This document shows, piece by piece, positions 16,192 through 26,506 of a stretch of 64,000 nucleotides of DNA. Both the position numbers and the translations under genes were made by a program. The notes under the pieces are model-generated. The model ran no database searches. It had not been told where the DNA came from and worked only from the letters and a program-made list of their open reading frames with translations. The first letter of the stretch is position 1. Each line of letters begins with the position of its first letter. This DNA is from Escherichia phage vB_EcoS_MM-1: sequence record PV577657. The stretch is one strand, 5' to 3'.

Positions 16192-18759
16192 TTGAAAATC
16201 GCAGTAGTTGATAAAGCTCTAAATAACACTCGTTACGATAAACATTTCCAGCTATATGGCGAGGAAGTTGATGTATTTCATATGTGTAACGAGAAGTTAT
16301 CTGGTCGTTTGCTTAAAAAGCACATTACTATTGGAACACCAGAAAACCCATTTGATCCGAATGATTACGATTTTGTTATACTAGTAGGTGCTGAACCTTT
16401 CCTGTATTTCGCAGGTAAGAAAGGCATTGGTGACTATACTGGTAAACGTGTAGAGTATAATGGATATGCTAACTGGATTGCGAGTATCAGCCCAGCCCAG
16501 TTACACTTTAAACCTGAAATGAAACCAGTTTTCGATGCAACAGTAGAAAATATCCACGATATTATCAATGGTCGTGAGAAGGTTGCAAAAGCTGGTGATT
16601 ACCGTCCTATTACTGACCCTGACGAGGCGGAAGAATATATCAAGATGGTGTATAATATGGTTATCGGACCTGTCGCATTCGACTCCGAAACCTCAGCACT
16701 ATACTGTCGAGATGGTTATCTGCTTGGTGTTTCTATGTCTCACCAAGAGTATCAGGGTGTATATATCGATTCTGATTGTCTCACCGAGGTTGCAGTATAT
16801 TATCTCCAGAAAATTCTGGATAGTGAAAACCACACTATTGTTTTTCACAACCTGAAGTTTGATATGCACTTTTATAAGTACCATCTGGGACTTACTTTTG
16901 ATAAAGCGCATAAAGAACGCAGGCTCCATGATACTATGTTGCAGCATTATGTTCTAGATGAACGTCGTGGTACTCATGGCTTGAAATCTCTAGCAATGAA
17001 GTATACCGATATGGGTGACTATGACTTCGAACTAGATAAGTTCAAAGAGGATTACTGCAAAGCACATAAAATCAAGAAAGAAGATTTCACCTATGATTTA
17101 ATTCCGTTTGATATTATGTGGCCTTACGCTGCGAAAGATACCGATGCTACCATACGTTTGCACAACTTCTTCTTACCAAAAATTGAGAAGAATGAAAAAC
17201 TTTGTAGTCTGTATTATGATGTCCTAATGCCTGGTTGTGTATTTCTCCAGCGTGTTGAGGATCGTGGTGTACCTATTTCTATTGATCGTTTAAAAGAAGC
17301 TCAGTACCAGTTAACCCATAATCTGAATAAAGCTCGTGAAAAACTGTATACTTATCCAGAAGTCGTTCAGCTAGAGAAAGATCAGAACGAAGCGTTTAAC
17401 CCAAACTCTGTTAAACAACTCCGTGTTCTTCTGTTTGATTATGTTGGCTTAACTCCAACAGGTAAATTGACGGATACTGGAGCAGATTCTACAGATGCAG
17501 AAGCTCTGAACGAATTGTCTACGCAGCATCCAATTGCTAAGACTCTACTAGAGATTCGTAAGCTAACTAAGCTGATCTCTACTTATGTTGAGAAGATTCT
17601 TCTGAGTATTGATGCAGATGGTTGCATTCGTACTGGTTTCCACGAACATATGACTACTTCTGGTCGTCTGAGTTCTTCCGGTAAACTGAACTTGCAACAG
17701 TTACCTCGTGATGAATCTATTATCAAGGGTTGTGTAGTAGCTCCTCCTGGGTATCGTGTAATCGCATGGGACTTAACAACTGCGGAAGTTTATTATGCTG
17801 CTGTTCTATCTGGTGATAGAAATATGCAACAAGTATTTATCAACATGAGAAATGAACCAGATAAATACCCCGACTTCCACTCTAACATCGCACACATGGT
17901 ATTTAAGCTCCAATGCGAGCCTCGTGATGTTAAAAAGTTATTCCCAGCTCTGCGTCAAGCAGCTAAAGCAATCACCTTTGGTATTCTGTATGGTTCTGGC
18001 CCAGCTAAAGTAGCTCATTCTGTTAACGAAGCTCTTCTGGAACAGGCTGCTAAGACAGGCGAACCGTTTGTAGAGTGTACGGTTGCAGATGCTAAAGAGT
18101 ATATAGAAACTTACTTCGGTCAGTTCCCGCAGCTTAAGCGTTGGATTGATAAGTGCCATGATCAGATCAAGAATCATGGATTTATCTATAGTCACTTTGG
18201 TCGTAAACGTCGTCTGCATAATATCCACTCCGAAGACCGTGGTGTTCAAGGTGAAGAAATCCGTTCTGGATTTAACGCAATCATTCAGTCTGCTTCTTCT
18301 GATAGTCTCCTTTTAGGTGCTGTAGATGCAGATAATGAGATCATTTCTCTTGGCCTAGAACAAGAGATGAAGATTGTTATGCTGGTTCACGACTCCGTAG
18401 TTGCTATTGTTCGTGAGGATTTGATCGACCAATACAATGAAATCCTAATTCGTAATATTCAGAAAGACCGCGGTATTAGTATTCCTGGCTGTCCGATTGG
18501 TATTGATTCAGATTCTGAAGCTGGAGGTTCTCGCGACTACTCTTGTGGTAAGATGAAGAAACAGCACCCATCAATCGCTTGTATTGATGATGATGAATAT
18601 ACTCGTTATGTCAAGGGTGTATTACTTGATGCAGAATTCGAGTATAAGAAACTAGCTGCAATGGATAAAGAGCATCCAGATCATAGCAAATACAAGGATG
18701 ATAAGTTTATTGCTGTATGTAAAGATTTGGATAACGTGAGAAGGATTCTCGGTGCTTGA
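16192..18759 (+). CDS. family-A DNA polymerase with 3'-5' exonuclease domain (T5 D7-D9 type)
   Basis: 855 aa (T5 polymerase size); TTG start after AAGAGGAG; polymerase motifs RRLHD, QLPR, KAITFGILYG, LVHDSV. Confidence 0.9.
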   Translation: MKIAVVDKALNNTRYDKHFQLYGEEVDVFHMCNEKLSGRLLKKHITIGTPENPFDPNDYDFVILVGAEPFLYFAGKKGIGDYTGKRVEYNGYANWIASISPAQLHFKPEMKPVFDATVENIHDIINGREKVAKAGDYRPITDPDEAEEYIKMVYNMVIGPVAFDSETSALYCRDGYLLGVSMSHQEYQGVYIDSDCLTEVAVYYLQKILDSENHTIVFHNLKFDMHFYKYHLGLTFDKAHKERRLHDTMLQHYVLDERRGTHGLKSLAMKYTDMGDYDFELDKFKEDYCKAHKIKKEDFTYDLIPFDIMWPYAAKDTDATIRLHNFFLPKIEKNEKLCSLYYDVLMPGCVFLQRVEDRGVPISIDRLKEAQYQLTHNLNKAREKLYTYPEVVQLEKDQNEAFNPNSVKQLRVLLFDYVGLTPTGKLTDTGADSTDAEALNELSTQHPIAKTLLEIRKLTKLISTYVEKILLSIDADGCIRTGFHEHMTTSGRLSSSGKLNLQQLPRDESIIKGCVVAPPGYRVIAWDLTTAEVYYAAVLSGDRNMQQVFINMRNEPDKYPDFHSNIAHMVFKLQCEPRDVKKLFPALRQAAKAITFGILYGSGPAKVAHSVNEALLEQAAKTGEPFVECTVADAKEYIETYFGQFPQLKRWIDKCHDQIKNHGFIYSHFGRKRRLHNIHSEDRGVQGEEIRSGFNAIIQSASSDSLLLGAVDADNEIISLGLEQEMKIVMLVHDSVVAIVREDLIDQYNEILIRNIQKDRGISIPGCPIGIDSDSEAGGSRDYSCGKMKKQHPSIACIDDDEYTRYVKGVLLDAEFEYKKLAAMDKEHPDHSKYKDDKFIAVCKDLDNVRRILGA

Positions 18760-19249
18760 TTTCAAATTGCCCGTATATGCTTTACGGGCTTTTGTATCAA
18801 TTGAGCAAGAAGGTGATTATTCCGTAATTACAACAAGATATAATAAATATGTACTAGATAACAGGAAGTTGCCTGGCACTTTTTCTCAACGTAGGCTTAT
18901 TCTATTTGAGAAACGGAAAGAATTACCATATAAGCTCTATCCTATTAGGGGCAGAATATCCATGTTGTCTCAATTAGTTGGGTCAAAGCGTAGCCAATTT
19001 ATAGATTCTGATGGAAATCTTATTAACTGGAAGAAAACTACGTTTTATGATGTTGTCACCTCTAAAGTTTTGCATTCAGCTAGAATTTACAACGGAAAAT
19101 ACCAATGCTATGTAGCTAAAGTTCCATATCCATTTGTATTATCCTATGTTCCAGCTTATATAAGCTATATTCTGGTAAATAATAGCCCTGTTATTTACCA
19201 AGTCCATCAAGAGGAGCCTGAAATTCCTAGACTTAGAATAAAATTATGA
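18752..19249 (+). CDS. hypothetical protein
   Basis: ORF track; coupled to flanking genes. Confidence 0.5.
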   Translation: MLDFKLPVYALRAFVSIEQEGDYSVITTRYNKYVLDNRKLPGTFSQRRLILFEKRKELPYKLYPIRGRISMLSQLVGSKRSQFIDSDGNLINWKKTTFYDVVTSKVLHSARIYNGKYQCYVAKVPYPFVLSYVPAYISYILVNNSPVIYQVHQEEPEIPRLRIKL

Positions 19250-20598
19250 AGGTTGTTATATCTAATAAAGCCTATTTCAAGCCCGATGATGAACTTTGGG
19301 ATTATTGTAGTAAACAAACCACTTATCACATTGAGACAATGACTAGTAAATACCCTATTATGTATAAGAATAGTGGTGTTGTTGCCAAAGAGATTAAGTG
19401 GATTCCTATCACGCGTCTGGATTTACTAGATGCTAAAGGAGTAAAATACGAATTAGTCGATAAACGCACATTAGCTCCAGTAGATATACCAAGACCTAAG
19501 TTCAAGCTGCGTGAAGAAGACCAGCTCCCAATATATGAAGAGTGCGATGATACCTGTATTATTAATGGTAAGCCTGGATTTGGCAAAACTATCCTAGCCC
19601 TGGCACTTGCGTATAAATTTGGCCAGAAAACTTTGGTAATTTGTACCAACACATCTATTCGTGAAATGTGGGCGGCAGAAGTTCGTAAATGGTTTGGGTT
19701 TGAACCAGGTATCATAGGTTCTGGAAAATACAATATTGATCCACCAATTGTGGTCAGTAATATTCAAACAGTGAATAAACATGCGAATAATCTTTCTAAA
19801 GTATTCGGTACTGTTATAGTTGATGAAGTTCACCATTGTGTGGCTACAACTTTCACTAACTTCCTAGAAATATCATGTGCTCGCTATAAGATTGGGCTAT
19901 CTGGAACATTAAAACGTAAAGATGGTCTACAAGTTATGTTCAAAGATTTCTTTGGATATAAGATCTTTAGCCCACCGGTTAATAATACTGTTGCACCTAC
20001 AATCCATAGGTATTCCGTACCTGTTGAGTTATCAGGAAATCAGAATGTGCCATGGGCATTACGTGCTAACGATGTATACAACCATCCTGAGTATCGAGAG
20101 ACTATTATAAATCTAGCACATTTATACGTGAATATGGGACATAAAGTACTCATTGTAAGTGATAGAACAGAGCTAATCCAAACAGTACTAGAAGCTCTTA
20201 CACAACGTGGTGTTACAACGTATGAAATTATAGGGGCAACCCACTTGGATGACCGATTAAAAATTCAGGAAGATATAGCAAAAGGTGGACCTTGTGTACT
20301 TGCAGCCGCTCAAAGTATCTTCTCTGAAGGTATTTCTCTTAATGAGTTGTCTTGTTTAATAATGGGAAGTCTTATTAATAATGAGTCTCTCATTGAACAG
20401 CTTGCAGGTCGTGTTCAACGTATTGTTGATGGTAAACTCGACCCGATTGTTGTAGATCTAATTATGAAAGGTGGCACTGGGCTAAGGCAGGCTTCTGGAC
20501 GTATGGCAGTATATCGTAACAACGGGTGGAAAACTATTACTATGACTCCAGAGAAAGCAGTTCAATTAGCTAAAATTGCATTTGGCAACAGCTCATAA
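19246..20598 (+). CDS. SF2 DEAD/DEAH-box helicase (T5 D10-like)
   Basis: Walker A GKPGFGKT, DEVH box VIVDEVHH; 450 aa. Confidence 0.8.
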   Translation: MKVVISNKAYFKPDDELWDYCSKQTTYHIETMTSKYPIMYKNSGVVAKEIKWIPITRLDLLDAKGVKYELVDKRTLAPVDIPRPKFKLREEDQLPIYEECDDTCIINGKPGFGKTILALALAYKFGQKTLVICTNTSIREMWAAEVRKWFGFEPGIIGSGKYNIDPPIVVSNIQTVNKHANNLSKVFGTVIVDEVHHCVATTFTNFLEISCARYKIGLSGTLKRKDGLQVMFKDFFGYKIFSPPVNNTVAPTIHRYSVPVELSGNQNVPWALRANDVYNHPEYRETIINLAHLYVNMGHKVLIVSDRTELIQTVLEALTQRGVTTYEIIGATHLDDRLKIQEDIAKGGPCVLAAAQSIFSEGISLNELSCLIMGSLINNESLIEQLAGRVQRIVDGKLDPIVVDLIMKGGTGLRQASGRMAVYRNNGWKTITMTPEKAVQLAKIAFGNSS

Positions 20599-20610
20599 AT
20601 GATGTATAAT
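20582..20610 (+). promoter_or_regulatory. sigma70-type promoter
   Basis: TTGGCA, 17 nt, TATAAT, then ATATACATAAATTTGAGAGAG. Confidence 0.5.
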
Positions 20611-20681
20611 ATATACATAAATTTGAGAGAGAAAGTTTCGGATTGATAAGAAAGTCCGAAGCAGAAAAATAAAAATTTTAG

Positions 20682-20711
20682 TTGCTAAATTCTCTCGAAA
20701 TCTAGTATAAT
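20682..20711 (+). promoter_or_regulatory. sigma70-type promoter
   Basis: TTGCTA, 18 nt, TATAAT, then ATATACATAAATTCGAGGAG. Confidence 0.55.
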
Positions 20712-20818
20712 ATATACATAAATTCGAGGAGAAAACAAAAATTAAATTCTTCGATTATGAAAAGCTATACTTACTAGCTAGAGGAAATTCCGACCTAATT
20801 ATTAAGTTATTCAAAAGA

Positions 20819-21103
20819 ATGCTTACAGAGCCTGATGCTCACCAATTGTTGGTCGGTTCCTCATTCATTTTGAATGAATCAACTATTGTTGATAATCCAA
20901 ATAAATTGTCTAATAGACAACTGGCAGAATATCTAGGAATTTTAAGTCTACGAAATTATGCCGAATACAAGTTTACAAACGATCCTAGTTTGGACATGCA
21001 ATATGTTCCAGTATGGATACCACGTTTAGTAATCGACACTAACCCATTAATCGCAATTAACAAATCAAAATTAATCTTTAAAGAGGAAATAAAATATGGC
21101 TAA
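20819..21103 (+). CDS. hypothetical protein (weak)
   Basis: ORF track only; poor RBS. Confidence 0.35.
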   Translation: MLTEPDAHQLLVGSSFILNESTIVDNPNKLSNRQLAEYLGILSLRNYAEYKFTNDPSLDMQYVPVWIPRLVIDTNPLIAINKSKLIFKEEIKYG

Positions 21104-21869
21104 GTCTTGGGGCGAAACTACTGGCGGTTCTAACGATAAAATCGAATTCCTGAAGTTCAACAACGGTATCACTCGTGTTCGTATCGTTTCTGGTGTTCTT
21201 CCACGTTATGTCTATTGGCTGACTAATAAAGAGGGTAACGTAGCTCCTTTCGAATGTCTCCGTTTTAATCGTGACAAAGAGAGCTTCGTTCGCGGTAAAG
21301 CTGATCCGGTTCATGAGATGGGCTTCTTCGAGAAAGAGCTGGATAAAGATGGTAATCGTGTTCCGCTGAAACCGAAGAAAAACTATATCGCTTTTGTTAT
21401 CGATCGCTCTGATAACAAACTGAAAGTAATGGAAGTCAAGGCTACTATTCTGAAAGGCATCCAGTCTATCATGAAGCAGTTGAGTCTGGCAACTCCGTTT
21501 GATATTGATATTTCTATCGAGAAAAAAGGTAAAGGTTTCGATACTGAGTATGATGTACAGCAGATTGCTGCTATGCAGTTCCAGATTAAGCTGCAAGATC
21601 CTAACAGTGCAGAATCTAAGCAATATGCTGCAGATGTAGATCTGATCGGTGAAGCTATGTGTGATGAAGATGGCGACATCATTAAGTTCGAAAAAGTTCC
21701 TTCTCTGGAACAAACCTATCCGGTTCCTACCTATGAAGAGCAGAAAGAAGCAATTCTAGCCTTCATGGAGGGTCGTGAGAATAAAGATGATGATGCCAAA
21801 TCTGGTAATAGCAATGCAGGCTCCCAGAAAGGTATTGACACAGAAGCTGCAAGCGATCTGGACGACTAA
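21096..21869 (+). CDS. putative single-stranded DNA-binding protein (gp2.5-like)
   Basis: Strong RBS AAAGAGGAAAT; acidic C-terminal tail EAASDLDD; position within replication genes. Confidence 0.5.
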   Translation: MAKSWGETTGGSNDKIEFLKFNNGITRVRIVSGVLPRYVYWLTNKEGNVAPFECLRFNRDKESFVRGKADPVHEMGFFEKELDKDGNRVPLKPKKNYIAFVIDRSDNKLKVMEVKATILKGIQSIMKQLSLATPFDIDISIEKKGKGFDTEYDVQQIAAMQFQIKLQDPNSAESKQYAADVDLIGEAMCDEDGDIIKFEKVPSLEQTYPVPTYEEQKEAILAFMEGRENKDDDAKSGNSNAGSQKGIDTEAASDLDD

Positions 21870-21875
21870 TAAATA

Positions 21876-21901
21876 GAGGGGCTTCGGCCCCTTTCTTTTT
21901 A
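21876..21901 (+). terminator. rho-independent terminator
   Basis: AGGGGC-ttcg-GCCCCT followed by a T-run. Confidence 0.7.
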
Positions 21902-21905
21902 ACCA

Positions 21906-22883
21906 ATGAGAATATTATTTAGTGCTGATCATCATATCAAACTAGGACAAGATAAAGTTCCAAAGGAATGGCAGAAGCGTCGCTTCCTGATGCTAGGAGA
22001 ACGGTTAAATGATATATTCCATAATCATAACTGTGATCTTCATATTGCTGGTGGTGATATACTTGATGTTGCCGACCCGTCATCAGAAGAAGTAGAACTG
22101 CTTGAACAGTTCATGTCAAGACTTGACCATCCAGGCAAAATCTTTACTGGAAATCATGAAATGTTAACGAAAACCATTTCATGCCTATATCATTATGCAG
22201 GAGTTATTAATAAAGTAACGAGTGGTAAGTGGGAAGTAATTACCAAACCATATCGTTCCCCTGAATTTGATATTGTTCCGTATGACGAAATCCATAAATC
22301 TAAGTGGAAACCATCTGAATCAAAACTATGTTTCACGCATGTTCGCGGTGAAATCCCTCCGCATGTAAAACCAGAAATTAATCTAACTAAGTACAACTGT
22401 TATGATACTGTAATTGCTGGTGATTTACATTCTTATACTAATAGCCAGACTATCGGGTCTACTAGACTCCTCTACCCAGGGTCTCCATTAACTACATCGT
22501 TCCATAGAGAACGCACAAAAGGTACAAATGGTTGCTTTATAGTTGATACCGACACATTAAAAGTAGAATGGATTGAACTCGGTGATTTACCACAACTGAT
22601 TCGTAAAACAATCGGAGCTGGTGAAGAGATGGAACCTAGTGATTATGATCGTGTAGTCTATGAAGTTACTGGTGACGTTGTTCAATTAAAGTCTATCAAA
22701 GACTCTGATTTATTAGATAAGAAGATTAACCATCGAGTTACTAAAGACGCTAAGTTAAATCTTGTTGATCTTGATATGTTAGGCGAACTTGAACTTTACT
22801 TCCGTGAAGTTGAGAAGCTATCTCAAGGTGACATTGATAGAATCTTGGCTAGAGCTGCGAAATATGTCAAAGATTACAATTAA
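21906..22883 (+). CDS. SbcD/Mre11-like metallophosphoesterase nuclease
   Basis: Calcineurin-like motifs FSADHH, GGDILD, GNHE. Confidence 0.8.
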   Translation: MRILFSADHHIKLGQDKVPKEWQKRRFLMLGERLNDIFHNHNCDLHIAGGDILDVADPSSEEVELLEQFMSRLDHPGKIFTGNHEMLTKTISCLYHYAGVINKVTSGKWEVITKPYRSPEFDIVPYDEIHKSKWKPSESKLCFTHVRGEIPPHVKPEINLTKYNCYDTVIAGDLHSYTNSQTIGSTRLLYPGSPLTTSFHRERTKGTNGCFIVDTDTLKVEWIELGDLPQLIRKTIGAGEEMEPSDYDRVVYEVTGDVVQLKSIKDSDLLDKKINHRVTKDAKLNLVDLDMLGELELYFREVEKLSQGDIDRILARAAKYVKDYN

Positions 22884-24702
22884 GACACTAAAATTTAGTA
22901 ACGTTATGTCTTACGGTAAGGACATCGTAATTCATTTCGACAAGAATCCAGTTACTCAACTAATTGGTGGCAATGGGCTAGGGAAATCCACCATCGCTAC
23001 GGTTATCGAGGAATTGTTTTATAACAAGAACTCACGGGGTATTAAGAAGGATGCTCTGTTCTCTTGGTCTTCTCCGAAAAAAGAGTATGATATGCACGCT
23101 TACTTCTCAAAAGATGAAGATGAGTATGAATTGCATAAAGTAGTTAAATCAACTGCTAAAGTAACCCTTATTAAGAATGGAGAAGATATTAGTGGACACA
23201 CGGCGACCCAAACATACAAGATGATTGAAGAAATTATGGGTGGTGACTTCCAAACATTCACCAAACTTATTTATCAATCAGTGGGTTCTAATCTAGACTT
23301 TCTAAAAGCAACAGATGCAACACGTAAGGCTTTTCTTGTCAACTTGTTCAATCAAGAACAGTACAAAGAAATGTCAGAAACTATTAAGGCTGACCGTAAA
23401 GAAATAGCAAATACCTTAAATAATTTGCAGGGCCAAATGGCTGTAATTACGAAAATTCTTAATGGAAAGAATAACTTGGGAACTTTGCAGGAACCTGTAG
23501 AAGTACCGGAGTTTGATGAAGAGCCGTTAGCACAAGAACTTACTGAATCGAAAATTAAGGCGGCATTAGCCAAGTCTCAAGAGGCTAATATTACTAAATT
23601 GCGTAATTTGGACAAAGCTGTACAAGTTGCCGAACAATCTTTCGAGCCTTTCAAAAATTTACCCGCGCCCACTGACCAAAATGAAGAGATCTCGAGTGTT
23701 ACGCGTGACCTAACGATTGTGACCTCACGTGCGAGCGAAGTTAAGAAACGTTATCAGAAGTTCAAGCAAGAGGCTTCAAATACTGAATGTCCTACCTGTG
23801 GTACTCATCTGGATACAACTGCTGCGCAAAAAGCAATGGATATGGCTAGAACAGAATATGATCCTCTGTTCAAAGAGAAGCAATCTCTTGAAGCTAAGCT
23901 AGAACAGTTGAAGAAGGAACAACTTGAGTACGTTGCGTATACTAGAGCAAAGGATGCTTTGGATAAGGCAGTGGTAGCTAGAGACGAGTTCAAAAATTCA
24001 ATGAGTGATGCTTCTTTTGAAGAACTCAATGTGCAAATCCTACAGGTGCAAATCCGACAATTAGAACAGGAAATAGCTGATGGACGTTCTAAGGTTGCAA
24101 TTGCTAAAGAACATAATGCAAATATTGAGTTAGCCAATGCAAAATATAAGGCGAAACTAGAACAGATTGAGAAAGCTGAGGCAGAAATGTCTGAGATTAC
24201 ATCCAAACTGGATGGAGTATCAGAAGCTGTTGCTGATCTCGATATTCTGATTGCTGCATTAAAGAATCTAGTAGGATATAAGCTAGAGCATAGTGTGAAA
24301 GTATTTGAAGAACTTATCAATAAATACCTTTCTATTATGACTGGCGGTAAGTTCGCACTTGGATTTGAACTTGATGAAACGAAATTGCAAGTAGTAATCT
24401 TCAATGATGGAAACCGTACCAGTATGGAGAATTGCTCTACTGGTCAGCAAAGTCGAATCAACCTAGCAACTCTGTTAGCTATTCGAATGCTACTAACATC
24501 TATTAGTAAAGTTAATATTAATCTTCTATTCCTTGATGAAGTAATTAGCTTTATTGATACTAAAGGACTTGACACCCTTGTTGAATTATTAAATGAGGAA
24601 GAAAGTCTAAATTCTATCATTGTTTCTCATGGGCATACGCATCCATTAGCCCATAAGATTACTGTCAAAAAAGATGCAGAAGGATTTTCCTACTTAGAAT
24701 AA
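22864..24702 (+). CDS. SbcC/Rad50-like ATPase
   Basis: Walker A GGNGLGKST, zinc-hook CPTCGT, Walker B LLFLDEV, long coiled-coil middle; ATG 22864 gives the typical MSKITIKTLKF N-terminus. Confidence 0.8.
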   Translation: MSKITIKTLKFSNVMSYGKDIVIHFDKNPVTQLIGGNGLGKSTIATVIEELFYNKNSRGIKKDALFSWSSPKKEYDMHAYFSKDEDEYELHKVVKSTAKVTLIKNGEDISGHTATQTYKMIEEIMGGDFQTFTKLIYQSVGSNLDFLKATDATRKAFLVNLFNQEQYKEMSETIKADRKEIANTLNNLQGQMAVITKILNGKNNLGTLQEPVEVPEFDEEPLAQELTESKIKAALAKSQEANITKLRNLDKAVQVAEQSFEPFKNLPAPTDQNEEISSVTRDLTIVTSRASEVKKRYQKFKQEASNTECPTCGTHLDTTAAQKAMDMARTEYDPLFKEKQSLEAKLEQLKKEQLEYVAYTRAKDALDKAVVARDEFKNSMSDASFEELNVQILQVQIRQLEQEIADGRSKVAIAKEHNANIELANAKYKAKLEQIEKAEAEMSEITSKLDGVSEAVADLDILIAALKNLVGYKLEHSVKVFEELINKYLSIMTGGKFALGFELDETKLQVVIFNDGNRTSMENCSTGQQSRINLATLLAIRMLLTSISKVNINLLFLDEVISFIDTKGLDTLVELLNEEESLNSIIVSHGHTHPLAHKITVKKDAEGFSYLE

Positions 24703-24705
24703 AAC

Positions 24706-25188
24706 ATGGCTGTAGATAGTAGAGAGAAAGGTAAACGTGGTGAATATCAGGTAAGAGATATTCTACGTGAGCGTACAGGTCTTGAGTGGGAACGTGTTCC
24801 TGGCTCTGGTGCTTTTGGCCAGAGCCACGGACTGAAGGGTGACATCTACCTTCCACCACAAAGTGGACACATTAGTAAATACTGCTTCGAAGTTAAGTGG
24901 TATAAAGATGATAATATCTCAAGTAATTTATTTAATGTTGGTGAATCCACTCTAGAGAAGTGGTGGCAGCAGTGCTCACGTGAAGGTGAGCAGATGAACT
25001 CCAAACCTGCATTAATATTCAAAAAAGACAGAGGACAGTGGTTAATAGCTTTGGATAGCTCAGACCCGATGGTTGACAACTTAATGAGTCGTACCCATAT
25101 GGTGTTAAATAAAAAAGACATGGAAATCGTAATTGGTTTATTTGAGCCGTGGCTACATCATGCATCTGTTGAGGACTTAATTAAATAA
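24706..25188 (+). CDS. PD-(D/E)xK nuclease, Hjc-like Holliday junction resolvase candidate
   Basis: KGKRGEYQVRDIL...GSG...GDI...FEVK matches the Hjc-type pattern. Confidence 0.5.
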   Translation: MAVDSREKGKRGEYQVRDILRERTGLEWERVPGSGAFGQSHGLKGDIYLPPQSGHISKYCFEVKWYKDDNISSNLFNVGESTLEKWWQQCSREGEQMNSKPALIFKKDRGQWLIALDSSDPMVDNLMSRTHMVLNKKDMEIVIGLFEPWLHHASVEDLIK

Positions 25189-26063
25189 TGAGTAAATCCT
25201 GGGGAAAATTTATTGAAGAAGAGGAAGCTGAAATGGCTTCCCGTCGTAACCTAATGATTGTCGATGGAACTAACTTAGGCTTTCGCTTCAAACATAACAA
25301 TAGTAAAAAACCATTTGCCTCAAGTTATGTTTCCACTATTCAGTCTCTAGCAAAATCTTATTCTGCTAGAACTACAATAGTTTTAGGAGATAAGGGGAAG
25401 TCTGCATTCCGCTTAGAGCATTTACCTGAGTATAAGGGTAATCGAGATGAGAAATACTCTCAGCGTACGGAAGAGGAGAAAGCGTTAGATGAGCAGTTCT
25501 TCGAGTATTTGAAAGATGCTTTCGAGTTATGTGAAACTACATTCCCAACTTTCACTATTCGGGGTGTAGAAGCAGATGATATGGCAGCTTATATTGTTAA
25601 ACTGATCGGGCATCTATATGATCACGTTTGGCTGATTTCTACTGACGGTGACTGGGATACTTTATTAACTGATAAAGTATCTCGCTTCTCTTTCACAACA
25701 CGTCGTGAATACCATCTTCGTGATATGTATGAGCATCATAATGTTGACGATGTAGAGCAGTTTATCTCCCTGAAAGCAATTATGGGTGATTTAGGGGATA
25801 ATATCCGAGGTGTTGAAGGTATTGGGGCAAAGCGCGGGTATAATATTATTCGTGAATTTGGTAACGTTCTGGATATTATTGATCAGCTTCCACTGCCTGG
25901 AAAACAGAAATATATACAGAATTTAAATGCTTCGGAAGAATTGCTTTATCGAAACCTAATTCTGGTTGATTTACCTACCTACTGTGTGGATGCTATTGCT
26001 GCTGTAGGTCAAGATGTATTAGATAAATTTACAAAAGATATTTTGGAGATTGCAGAACAATGA
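25188..26063 (+). CDS. 5'-3' flap endonuclease/exonuclease (T5 D15-like)
   Basis: 291 aa (T5 FEN size); LMIVDGTNL, VEADD, H3TH-like GDLGDNIRGVEGIG. Confidence 0.85.
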   Translation: MSKSWGKFIEEEEAEMASRRNLMIVDGTNLGFRFKHNNSKKPFASSYVSTIQSLAKSYSARTTIVLGDKGKSAFRLEHLPEYKGNRDEKYSQRTEEEKALDEQFFEYLKDAFELCETTFPTFTIRGVEADDMAAYIVKLIGHLYDHVWLISTDGDWDTLLTDKVSRFSFTTRREYHLRDMYEHHNVDDVEQFISLKAIMGDLGDNIRGVEGIGAKRGYNIIREFGNVLDIIDQLPLPGKQKYIQNLNASEELLYRNLILVDLPTYCVDAIAAVGQDVLDKFTKDILEIAEQ

Positions 26064-26506
26064 TTAAAATTAAATTAACTCATCCAGATTGTATGCCTAA
26101 GATTGGTTCCGAAGATGCCGCAGGTATGGATCTGCGAGCATTCTTTGGTACTAATCCTGCCGCAGACTTACGCGCTATTGCACCAGGCAAATCTCTTATG
26201 ATTGACACCGGTGTCGCGGTAGAAATTCCGCGAGGTTGGTTCGGTTTGGTAGTTCCGCGTAGTTCTTTAGGTAAACGCCATTTGATGATTGCAAATACCG
26301 CAGGAGTGATTGACTCAGACTATCGTGGAACTATTAAGATGAATCTGTTTAACTACGGTTCTGAAATTCAAACTCTGGAGAATTTTGAAAGACTTTGTCA
26401 GCTAGTAGTAGTACCACACTACTCAACTCATAATTTTGAAATCGTTGACGAACTAGGGGAGACTGATCGTGGGGAAGACGGATTTGGAAGTTCAGGAAGC
26501 AAATAA
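26060..26506 (+). CDS. dut: dUTP pyrophosphatase
   Basis: dUTPase motifs AGMDLRA, GVIDSDYRG, C-terminal RGEDGFGSSG. Confidence 0.85.
   Translation: MIKIKLTHPDCMPKIGSEDAAGMDLRAFFGTNPAADLRAIAPGKSLMIDTGVAVEIPRGWFGLVVPRSSLGKRHLMIANTAGVIDSDYRGTIKMNLFNYGSEIQTLENFERLCQLVVVPHYSTHNFEIVDELGETDRGEDGFGSSGSK

Noticed and set aside
23805-24404. 199-aa minus-strand ORF inside the SbcC-like gene (also 21078..21713, 44406..44933, 19326..19733, 8574..8876 inside other genes)
   Set aside because: Antisense to well-supported genes, no RBS, biased low-complexity composition; typical spurious antisense ORFs.
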